Shown: positions 14,086-26,000 of the stretch, piece by piece
Layout of the letters: every line of letters begins with the position of its first letter
Numbering within the stretch: position 1 is the stretch's first letter
Source: Lepidodermella squamata
Taxonomy: Eukaryota; Animalia; Gastrotricha
Assembly: GCA_047495785.1 (NCBI GenBank)
Contig: JBLDXI010000001.1
Location: 1-64,000 of the forward strand
Length of the DNA: 64,000 bases
Reading direction: 5' to 3'
Position numbers and translations under genes: made by a program
The notes under the pieces: generated by a model
What the model saw: the letters and a program-made list of their open reading frames with translations, nothing else
Databases searched by the model: none
What the model was told of the DNA's origin: nothing

Positions 14086-17000
14086 ATTCCATCAACTATC
14101 GCTGAGCTTACAAAAGTCCCCGATCGACTTACCGCGCACTTCCTTGAAGCAGCCGCGAACGGCCAACTTGGCTTCAACAGGCTTCTTATCGTCGAGCTTC
14201 GAGAAGGTCAACACAATCGCGTCGGCGAACACTTCGGTCGGGAACTTGAGCGGGAATTCAGACGGCTTGTACTCCTGTAGACAAAAGAACATGGCGATAG
14301 TTTAACGAACTCATCAACGCAAAACCCTCGTGCAAGCCAGATCGGTGTTGCCCATGGCGCAGCACTCCCCCGTGTTTGAAAGCAAATTCTGCCAACACCT
14401 ATACTCACCTTGTCGACGTTCTTATCCGCCGGGGTGGTCGTCAGGCGGACCGATTTCACGTTCGTCAGCTTCGGAAGCTCGACACCAGACAGCTGGGAGC
14501 GCTCAGGAAACTTAACGCCAACCGTCGGGGTGCGGTCGTCGGCGGCAGAGCTCCACGGATCCCGGCTCTTGGGACGCAAGTTCTCCTTCTGCTCTGGCTT
14601 GCTCGATGTTCTGAGGTTGGCCAGTGGAATGAACACAGGGCTGTCCATGCCGTCAGTCTTCTGGCACGGGCGCACAGTTGTTGGTGTGGTCGGGGTACTA
14701 GGCGTGGTCTTGCCAGTTCCAGTCCGGTCGCGCACCACAAGTCTGCGAGTGGTGGTGCCTTTTCCGGGTGTTGTGCTTCCTGTAAACACACAAAAACACA
14801 GATTCCATCAACTATCGCTTACAAAAGTCCCCGATCGAGTTACCGCGCACTTCCTTGAAGCAGCCGCGAACGGCCAACTTGGCTTCAACAGGCTTCTTAT
14901 CGTCGAGCTTCGAGAAGGTCAACACAATCGCGTCGGCGAACACTTCGGTCGGGAACTTGAGCGGGAATTCAGACGGCTTGTACTCCTGTAGACAAAAGAA
15001 CATGGCGATAGTTTAACGAACTCATCAACGCAAAACCCTCGTGCAAGCCAGATCGGTGTTGCCCATGGCGCAGCACTCCCCCGTGTTTGAAAGCAAATTC
15101 TGCCAACACCTATACTCACCTTGTCGACGTTCTTATCCGCCGGGGTGGTCGTCAGGCGGACCGATTTCACGTTCGTCAGCTTCGGAAGCTCGACACCAGA
15201 CAGCTGGGAGCGCTCAGGAAACTTAACGCCAACCGTCGGGGTGCGGTCGTCGGCGGCAGAGCTCCACGGATCCCGGCTCTTGGGACGCAAGTTCTCCTTC
15301 TGCTCTGGCTTGCTCGATGTTCTGAGGTTGGCCAGTGGAATGAACACAGGGCTGTCCATGCCGTCAGTCTTCTGGCACGGGCGCACAGTTGTTGGTGTGG
15401 TCGGGGTACTAGGCGTGGTCTTGCCAGTTCCAGTCCGGTCGCGCACCACAAGTCTGCGAGTGGTGGTGCCTTTTCCGGGTGTTGTGCTTCCTGTAAACAC
15501 ACAAAAACACAGATTCCATCAACTATCGCTGAGCCTACAAAAGTCCCCGATCGACTTACCGCGCACTTCCTTGAAGCAGCCGCGAACGGCCAACTTGGCT
15601 TCAACAGGCTTCTTATCGTCGAGCTTCGAGAAGGTCAACACAATCGCGTCGGCGAACACTTCGGTCGGGAACTTGAGCGGGAATTCAGACGGCTTGTACT
15701 CCTGTAGACAAAAGAACATGGCGATAGTTTAACGAACTCATCAACGCAAAACCCTCGTGCAAGCCAGATCGGTGTTGCCCATGGCGCAGCACTCCCCCGT
15801 GTTTGAAAGCAAATTCTGCCAACACCTATACTCACCTTGTCGACGTTCTTATCCGCCGGGGTGGTCGTCAGGCGGACCGATTTCACGTTCGTCAGCTTCG
15901 GAAGCTCGACACCAGACAGCTGGGAGCGCTCAGGAAACTTAACGCCAACCGTCGGGGTGCGGTCGTCGGCGGCAGAGCTCCACGGATCCCGGCTCTTGGG
16001 ACGCAAGTTCTCCTTCTGCTCTGGCTTGCTCGATGTTCTGAGGTTGGCCAGTGGAATGAACACAGGGCTGTCCATGCCGTCAGTCTTCTGGCACGGGCGC
16101 ACAGTTGTTGGTGTGGTCGGGGTACTAGGCGTGGTCTTGCCAGTTCCAGTCCGGTCGCGCACCACAAGTCTGCGAGTGGTGGTGCCTTTTCCGGGTGTTG
16201 TGCTTCCTGTAAACACACAAAAACACAGATTCCATCAACTATCGCTGAGCCTACAAAAGTCCCCGATCGACTTACCGCGCACTTCCTTGAAGCAGCCGCG
16301 AACGGCCAACTTGGCTTCAACAGGCTTCTTATCGTCGAGCTTCGAGAAGGTCAACACAATCGCGTCGGCGAACACTTCGGTCGGGAACTTGAGCGGGAAT
16401 TCAGACGGCTTGTACTCCTGTAGACAAAAGAACATGGCGATAGTTTAACGAACTCATCAACGCAAAACCCTCGTGCAAGCCAGATCGGTGTTGCCCATGG
16501 CGCAGCACTCCCCCGTGTTTGAAAGCAAATTCTGCCAACACCTATACTCACCTTGTCGACGTTCTTATCCGCCGGGGTGGTCGTCAGGCGGACCGATTTC
16601 ACGTTCGTCAGCTTCGGAAGCTCGACACCAGACAGCTGGGAGCGCTCAGGAAACTTAACGCCAACCGTCGGGGTGCGGTCGTCGGCGGCAGAGCTCCACG
16701 GATCCCGGCTCTTGGGACGCAAGTTCTCCTTCTGCTCTGGCTTGCTCGATGTTCTGAGGTTGGCCAGTGGAATGAACACAGGGCTGTCCATGCCGTCAGT
16801 CTTCTGGCACGGGCGCACAGTTGTTGGTGTGGTCGGGGTACTAGGCGTGGTCTTGCCAGTTCCAGTCCGGTCGCGCACCACAAGTCTGCGAGTGGTGGTG
16901 CCTTTTCCGGGTGTTGTGCTTCCTGTAAACACACAAAAACACAGATTCCATCAACTATCGCTGAGCCTACAAAAGTCCCCGATCGAGTTACCGCGCACTT

Positions 17001-20000
17001 CCTTGAAGCAGCCGCGAACGGCCAACTTGGCTTCAACAGGCTTCTTATCGTCGAGCTTCGAGAAGGTCAACACAATCGCGTCGGCGAACACTTCGGTCGG
17101 GAACTTGAGCGGGAATTCAGACGGCTTGTACTCCTGTAGACAAAAGAACATGGCGATAGTTTAACGAACTCATCAACGCAAAACCCTCGTGCAAGCCAGA
17201 TCGGTGTTGCCCATGGCGCAGCACTCCCCCGTGTTTGAAAGCAAATTCTGCCAACACCTATACTCACCTTGTCGACGTTCTTATCCGCCGGGGTGGTCGT
17301 CAGGCGGACCGATTTCACGTTCGTCAGCTTCGGAAGCTCGACACCAGACAGCTGGGAGCGCTCAGGAAACTTAACGCCAACCGTCGGGGTGCGGTCGTCG
17401 GCGGCAGAGCTCCACGGATCCCGGCTCTTGGGACGCAAGTTCTCCTTCTGCTCTGGCTTGCTCGATGTTCTGAGGTTGGCCAGTGGAATGAACACAGGGC
17501 TGTCCATGCCGTCAGTCTTCTGGCACGGGCGCACAGTTGTTGGTGTGGTCGGGGTACTAGGCGTGGTCTTGCCAGTTCCAGTCCGGTCGCGCACCACAAG
17601 TCTGCGAGTGGTGGTGCCTTTTCCGGGTGTTGTGCTTCCTGTAAACACACAAAAACACAGATTCCATCAACTATCGCTGAGCCTACAAAAGTCCCCGATC
17701 GACTTACCGCGCACTTCCTTGAAGCAGCCGCGAACGGCCAACTTGGCTTCAACAGGCTTCTTATCGTCGAGCTTCGAGAAGGTCAACACAATCGCGTCGG
17801 CGAACACTTCGGTCGGGAACTTGAGCGGGAATTCAGACGGCTTGTACTCCTGTAGACAAAAGAACATGGCGATAGTTTAACGAACTCATCAACGCAAAAC
17901 CCTCGTGCAAGCCAGATCGGTGTTGCCCATGGCGCAGCACTCCCCCGTGTTTGAAAGCAAATTCTGCCAACACCTATACTCACCTTGTCGACGTTCTTAT
18001 CCGCCGGGGTGGTCGTCAGGCGGACCGATTTCACGTTCGTCAGCTTCGGAAGCTCGACACCAGACAGCTGGGAGCGCTCAGGAAACTTAACGCCAACCGT
18101 CGGGGTGCGGTCGTCGGCGGCAGAGCTCCACGGATCCCGGCTCTTGGGACGCAAGTTCTCCTTCTGCTCTGGCTTGCTCGATGTTCTGAGGTTGGCCAGT
18201 GGAATGAACACAGGGCTGTCCATGCCGTCAGTCTTCTGGCACGGGCGCACAGTTGTTGGTGTGGTCGGGGTACTAGGCGTGGTCTTGCCAGTTCCAGTCC
18301 GGTCGCGCACCACAAGTCTGCGAGTGGTGGTGCCTTTTCCGGGTGTTGTGCTTCCTGTAAACACACAAAAACACAGATTCCATCAACTATCGCTGAGCCT
18401 ACAAAAGTCCCCGATCGACTTACCGCGCACTTCCTTGAAGCAGCCGCGAACGGCCAACTTGGCTTCAACAGGCTTCTTATCGTCGAGCTTCGAGAAGGTC
18501 AACACAATCGCGTCGGCGAACACTTCGGTCGGGAACTTGAGCGGGAATTCAGACGGCTTGTACTCCTGTAGACAAAAGAACATGGCGATAGTTTAACGAA
18601 CTCATCAACGCAAAACCCTCGTGCAAGCCAGATCGGTGTTGCCCATGGCGCAGCACTCCCCCGTGTTTGAAAGCAAATTCTGCCAACACCTATACTCACC
18701 TTGTCGACGTTCTTATCCGCCGGGGTGGTCGTCAGGCGGACCGATTTCACGTTCGTCAGCTTCGGAAGCTCGACACCAGACAGTTGGGAGCGCTCAGGAA
18801 ACTTAACGCCAACCGTCGGGGTGCGGTCGTCGGCGGCAGAGCTCCACGGATCCCGGCTCTTGGGACGCAAGTTCTCCTTCTGCTCTGGCTTGCTCGATGT
18901 TCTGAGGTTGGCCAGTGGAATGAACACAGGGCTGTCCATGCCGTCAGTCTTCTGGCACGGGCGCACAGTTGTTGGTGTGGTCGGGGTACTAGGCGTGGTC
19001 TTGCCAGTTCCAGTCCGGTCGCGCACCACAAGTCTGCGAGTGGTGGTGCCTTTTCCGGGTGTTGTGCTTCCTGTAAACACACAAAAACACAGATTCCATC
19101 AACTATCGCTGAGCCTACAAAAGTCCCCGATCGACTTACCGCGCACTTCCTTGAAGCAGCCGCGAACGGCCAACTTGGCTTCAACAGGCTTCTTATCGTC
19201 GAGCTTCGAGAAGGTCAACACAATCGCGTCGGCGAACACTTCGGTCGGGAACTTGAGCGGGAATTCAGACGGCTTGTACTCCTGTAGACAAAAGAACATG
19301 GCGATAGTTTAACGAACTCATCAACGCAAAACCCTCGTGCAAGCCAGATCGGTGTTGCCCATGGCGCAGCACTCCCCCGTGTTTGAAAGCAAATTCTGCC
19401 AACACCTATACTCACCTTGTCGACGTTCTTATCCGCCGGGGTGGTCGTCAGGCGGACCGATTTCACGTTCGTCAGCTTCGGAAGCTCGACACCAGACAGT
19501 TGGGAGCGCTCAGGAAACTTAACGCCAACCGTCGGGGTGCGGTCGTCGGCGGCAGAGCTCCACGGATCCCGGCTCTTGGGACGCAAGTTCTCCTTCTGCT
19601 CTGGCTTGCTCGATGTTCTGAGGTTGGCCAGTGGAATGAACACAGGGCTGTCCATGCCGTCAGTCTTCTGGCACGGGCGCACAGTTGTTGGTGTGGTCGG
19701 GGTACTAGGCGTGGTCTTGCCAGTTCCAGTCCGGTCGCGCACCACAAGTCTGCGAGTGGTGGTGCCTTTTCCGGGTGTTGTGCTTCCTGTAAACACACAA
19801 AAACACAGATTCCATCAACTATCGCTGAGCCTACAAAAGTCCCCGATCGACTTACCGCGCACTTCCTTGAAGCAGCCGCGAACGGCCAACTTGGCTTCAA
19901 CAGGCTTCTTATCGTCGAGCTTCGAGAAGGTCAACACAATCGCGTCGGCGAACACTTCGGTCGGGAACTTGAGCGGGAATTCAGACGGCTTGTACTCCTG

Positions 20001-23000
20001 TAGACAAAAGAACATGGCGATAGTTTAACGAACTCATCAACGCAAAACCCTCGTGCAAGCCAGATCGGTGTTGCCCATGGCGCAGCACTCCCCCGTGTTT
20101 GAAAGCAAATTCTGCCAACACCTATACTCACCTTGTCGACGTTCTTATCCGCCGGGGTGGTCGTCAGGCGGACCGATTTCACGTTCGTCAGCTTCGGAAG
20201 CTCGACACCAGACAGCTGGGAGCGCTCAGGAAACTTAACGCCAACCGTCGGGGTGCGGTCGTCGGCGGCAGAGCTCCACGGATCCCGGCTCTTGGGACGC
20301 AAGTTCTCCTTCTGCTCTGGCTTGCTCGATGTTCTGAGGTTGGCCAGTGGAATGAACACAGGGCTGTCCATGCCGTCAGTCTTCTGGCACGGGCGCACAG
20401 TTGTTGGTGTGGTCGGGGTACTAGGCGTGGTCTTGCCAGTTCCAGTCCGGTCGCGCACCACAAGTCTGCGAGTGGTGGTGCCTTTTCCGGGTGTTGTGCT
20501 TCCTGTAAACACACAAAAACACAGATTCCATCAACTATCGCTGAGCCTACAAAAGTCCCCGATCGACTTACCGCGCACTTCCTTGAAGCAGCCGCGAACG
20601 GCCAACTTGGCTTCAACAGGCTTCTTATCGTCGAGCTTCGAGAAGGTCAACACAATCGCGTCGGCGAACACTTCGGTCGGGAACTTGAGCGGGAATTCAG
20701 ACGGCTTGTACTCCTGTAGACAAAAGAACATGGCGATAGTTTAACGAACTCATCAACGCAAAACCCTCGTGCAAGCCAGATCGGTGTTGCCCATGGCGCA
20801 GCACTCCCCCGTGTTTGAAAGCAAATTCTGCCAACACCTATACTCACCTTGTCGACGTTCTTATCCGCCGGGGTGGTCGTCAGGCGGACCGATTTCACGT
20901 TCGTCAGCTTCGGAAGCTCGACACCAGACAGCTGGGAGCGCTCAGGAAACTTAACGCCAACCGTCGGGGTGCGGTCGTCGGCGGCAGAGCTCCACGGATC
21001 CCGGCTCTTGGGACGCAAGTTCTCCTTCTGCTCTGGCTTGCTCGATGTTCTGAGGTTGGCCAGTGGAATGAACACAGGGCTGTCCATGCCGTCAGTCTTC
21101 TGGCACGGGCGCACAGTTGTTGGTGTGGTCGGGGTACTAGGCGTGGTCTTGCCAGTTCCAGTCCGGTCGCGCACCACAAGTCTGCGAGTGGTGGTGCCTT
21201 TTCCGGGTGTTGTGCTTCCTGTAAACACACAAAAACACAGATTCCATCAACTATCGCTGAGCCTACAAAAGTCCCCGATCGACTTACCGCGCACTTCCTT
21301 GAAGCAGCCGCGAACGGCCAACTTGGCTTCAACAGGCTTCTTATCGTCGAGCTTCGAGAAGGTCAACACAATCGCGTCGGCGAACACTTCGGTCGGGAAC
21401 TTGAGCGGGAATTCAGACGGCTTGTACTCCTGTAGACAAAAGAACATGGCGATAGTTTAACGAACTCATCAACGCAAAACCCTCGTGCAAGCCAGATCGG
21501 TGTTGCCCATGGCGCAGCACTCCCCCGTGTTTGAAAGCAAATTCTGCCAACACCTATACTCACCTTGTCGACGTTCTTATCCGCCGGGGTGGTCGTCAGG
21601 CGGACCGATTTCACGTTCGTCAGCTTCGGAAGCTCGACACCAGACAGCTGGGAGCGCTCAGGAAACTTAACGCCAACCGTCGGGGTGCGGTCGTCGGCGG
21701 CAGAGCTCCACGGATCCCGGCTCTTGGGACGCAAGTTCTCCTTCTGCTCTGGCTTGCTCGATGTTCTGAGGTTGGCCAGTGGAATGAACACAGGGCTGTC
21801 CATGCCGTCAGTCTTCTGGCACGGGCGCACAGTTGTTGGTGTGGTCGGGGTACTAGGCGTGGTCTTGCCAGTTCCAGTCCGGTCGCGCACCACAAGTCTG
21901 CGAGTGGTGGTGCCTTTTCCGGGTGTTGTGCTTCCTGTAAACACACAAAAACACAGATTCCATCAACTATCGCTGAGCCTACAAAAGTCCCCGATCGACT
22001 TACCGCGCACTTCCTTGAAGCAGCCGCGAACGGCCAACTTGGCTTCAACAGGCTTCTTATCGTCGAGCTTCGAGAAGGTCAACACAATCGCGTCGGCGAA
22101 CACTTCGGTCGGGAACTTGAGCGGGAATTCAGACGGCTTGTACTCCTGTAGACAAAAGAACATGGCGATAGTTTAACGAACTCATCAACGCAAAACCCTC
22201 GTGCAAGCCAGATCGGTGTTGCCCATGGCGCAGCACTCCCCCGTGTTTGAAAGCAAATTCTGCCAACACCTATACTCACCTTGTCGACGTTCTTATCCGC
22301 CGGGGTGGTCGTCAGGCGGACCGATTTCACGTTCGTCAGCTTCGGAAGCTCGACACCAGACAGCTGGGAGCGCTCAGGAAACTTAACGCCAACCGTCGGG
22401 GTGCGGTCGTCGGCGGCAGAGCTCCACGGATCCCGGCTCTTGGGACGCAAGTTCTCCTTCTGCTCTGGCTTGCTCGATGTTCTGAGGTTGGCCAGTGGAA
22501 TGAACACAGGGCTGTCCATGCCGTCAGTCTTCTGGCACGGGCGCACAGTTGTTGGTGTGGTCGGGGTACTAGGCGTGGTCTTGCCAGTTCCAGTCCGGTC
22601 GCGCACCACAAGTCTGCGAGTGGTGGTGCCTTTTCCGGGTGTTGTGCTTCCTGTAAACACACAAAAACACAGATTCCATCAACTATCGCTGAGCCTACAA
22701 AAGTCCCCGATCGACTTACCGCGCACTTCCTTGAAGCAGCCGCGAACGGCCAACTTGGCTTCAACAGGCTTCTTATCGTCGAGCTTCGAGAAGGTCAACA
22801 CAATCGCGTCGGCGAACACTTCGGTCGGGAACTTGAGCGGGAATTCAGACGGCTTGTACTCCTGTAGACAAAAGAACATGGCGATAGTTTAACGAACTCA
22901 TCAACGCAAAACCCTCGTGCAAGCCAGATCGGTGTTGCCCATGGCGCAGCACTCCCCCGTGTTTGAAAGCAAATTCTGCCAACACCTATACTCACCTTGT

Positions 23001-26000
23001 CGACGTTCTTATCCGCCGGGGTGGTCGTCAGGCGGACCGATTTCACGTTCGTCAGCTTCGGAAGCTCGACACCAGACAGCTGGGAGCGCTCAGGAAACTT
23101 AACGCCAACCGTCGGGGTGCGGTCGTCGGCGGCAGAGCTCCACGGATCCCGGCTCTTGGGACGCAAGTTCTCCTTCTGCTCTGGCTTGCTCGATGTTCTG
23201 AGGTTGGCCAGTGGAATGAACACAGGGCTGTCCATGCCGTCAGTCTTCTGGCACGGGCGCACAGTTGTTGGTGTGGTCGGGGTACTAGGCGTGGTCTTGC
23301 CAGTTCCAGTCCGGTCGCGCACCACAAGTCTGCGAGTGGTGGTGCCTTTTCCGGGTGTTGTGCTTCCTGTAAACACACAAAAACACAGATTCCATCAACT
23401 ATCGCTGAGCCTACAAAAGTCCCCGATCGACTTACCGCGCACTTCCTTGAAGCAGCCGCGAACGGCCAACTTGGCTTCAACAGGCTTCTTATCGTCGAGC
23501 TTCGAGAAGGTCAACACAATCGCGTCGGCGAACACTTCGGTCGGGAACTTGAGCGGGAATTCAGACGGCTTGTACTCCTGTAGACAAAAGAACATGGCGA
23601 TAGTTTAACGAACTCATCAACGCAAAACCCTCGTGCAAGCCAGATCGGTGTTGCCCATGGCGCAGCACTCCCCCGTGTTTGAAAGCAAATTCTGCCAACA
23701 CCTATACTCACCTTGTCGACGTTCTTATCCGCCGGGGTGGTCGTCAGGCGGACCGATTTCACGTTCGTCAGCTTCGGAAGCTCGACACCAGACAGTTGGG
23801 AGCGCTCAGGAAACTTAACGCCAACCGTCGGGGTGCGGTCGTCGGCGGCAGAGCTCCACGGATCCCGGCTCTTGGGACGCAAGTTCTCCTTCTGCTCTGG
23901 CTTGCTCGATGTTCTGAGGTTGGCCAGTGGAATGAACACAGGGCTGTCCATGCCGTCAGTCTTCTGGCACGGGCGCACAGTTGTTGGTGTGGTCGGGGTA
24001 CTAGGCGTGGTCTTGCCAGTTCCAGTCCGGTCGCGCACCACAAGTCTGCGAGTGGTGGTGCCTTTTCCGGGTGTTGTGCTTCCTGTAAACACACAAAAAC
24101 ACAGATTCCATCAACTATCGCTGAGCCTACAAAAGTCCCCGATCGACTTACCGCGCACTTCCTTGAAGCAGCCGCGAACGGCCAACTTGGCTTCAACAGG
24201 CTTCTTATCGTCGAGCTTCGAGAAGGTCAACACAATCGCGTCGGCGAACACTTCGGTCGGGAACTTGAGCGGGAATTCAGACGGCTTGTACTCCTGTAGA
24301 CAAAAGAACATGGCGATAGTTTAACGAACTCATCAACGCAAAACCCTCGTGCAAGCCAGATCGGTGTTGCCCATGGCGCAGCACTCCCCCGTGTTTGAAA
24401 GCAAATTCTGCCAACACCTATACTCACCTTGTCGACGTTCTTATCCGCCGGGGTGGTCGTCAGGCGGACCGATTTCACGTTCGTCAGCTTCGGAAGCTCG
24501 ACACCAGACAGCTGGGAGCGCTCAGGAAACTTAACGCCAACCGTCGGGGTGCGGTCGTCGGCGGCAGAGCTCCACGGATCCCGGCTCTTGGGACGCAAGT
24601 TCTCCTTCTGCTCTGGCTTGCTCGATGTTCTGAGGTTGGCCAGTGGAATGAACACAGGGCTGTCCATGCCGTCAGTCTTCTGGCACGGGCGCACAGTTGT
24701 TGGTGTGGTCGGGGTACTAGGCGTGGTCTTGCCAGTTCCAGTCCGGTCGCGCACCACAAGTCTGCGAGTGGTGGTGCCTTTTCCGGGTGTTGTGCTTCCT
24801 GTAAACACACAAAAACACAGATTCCATCAACTATCGCTGAGCCTACAAAAGTCCCCGATCGACTTACCGCGCACTTCCTTGAAGCAGCCGCGAACGGCCA
24901 ACTTGGCTTCAACAGGCTTCTTATCGTCGAGCTTCGAGAAGGTCAACACAATCGCGTCGGCGAACACTTCGGTCGGGAACTTGAGCGGGAATTCAGACGG
25001 CTTGTACTCCTGTAGACAAAAGAACATGGCGATAGTTTAACGAACTCATCAACGCAAAACCCTCGTGCAAGCCAGATCGGTGTTGCCCATGGCGCAGCAC
25101 TCCCCCGTGTTTGAAAGCAAATTCTGCCAACACCTATACTCACCTTGTCGACGTTCTTATCCGCCGGGGTGGTCGTCAGGCGGACCGATTTCACGTTCGT
25201 CAGCTTCGGAAGCTCGACACCAGACAGCTGGGAGCGCTCAGGAAACTTAACGCCAACCGTCGGGGTGCGGTCGTCGGCGGCAGAGCTCCACGGATCCCGG
25301 CTCTTGGGACGCAAGTTCTCCTTCTGCTCTGGCTTGCTCGATGTTCTGAGGTTGGCCAGTGGAATGAACACAGGGCTGTCCATGCCGTCAGTCTTCTGGC
25401 ACGGGCGCACAGTTGTTGGTGTGGTCGGGGTACTAGGCGTGGTCTTGCCAGTTCCAGTCCGGTCGCGCACCACAAGTCTGCGAGTGGTGGTGCCTTTTCC
25501 GGGTGTTGTGCTTCCTGTAAACACACAAAAACACAGATTCCATCAACTATCGCTGAGCCTACAAAAGTCCCCGATCGACTTACCGCGCACTTCCTTGAAG
25601 CAGCCGCGAACGGCCAACTTGGCTTCAACAGGCTTCTTATCGTCGAGCTTCGAGAAGGTCAACACAATCGCGTCGGCGAACACTTCGGTCGGGAACTTGA
25701 GCGGGAATTCAGACGGCTTGTACTCCTGTAGACAAAAGAACATGGCGATAGTTTAACGAACTCATCAACGCAAAACCCTCGTGCAAGCCAGATCGGTGTT
25801 GCCCATGGCGCAGCACTCCCCCGTGTTTGAAAGCAAATTCTGCCAACACCTATACTCACCTTGTCGACGTTCTTATCCGCCGGGGTGGTCGTCAGGCGGA
25901 CCGATTTCACGTTCGTCAGCTTCGGAAGCTCGACACCAGACAGCTGGGAGCGCTCAGGAAACTTAACGCCAACCGTCGGGGTGCGGTCGTCGGCGGCAGA

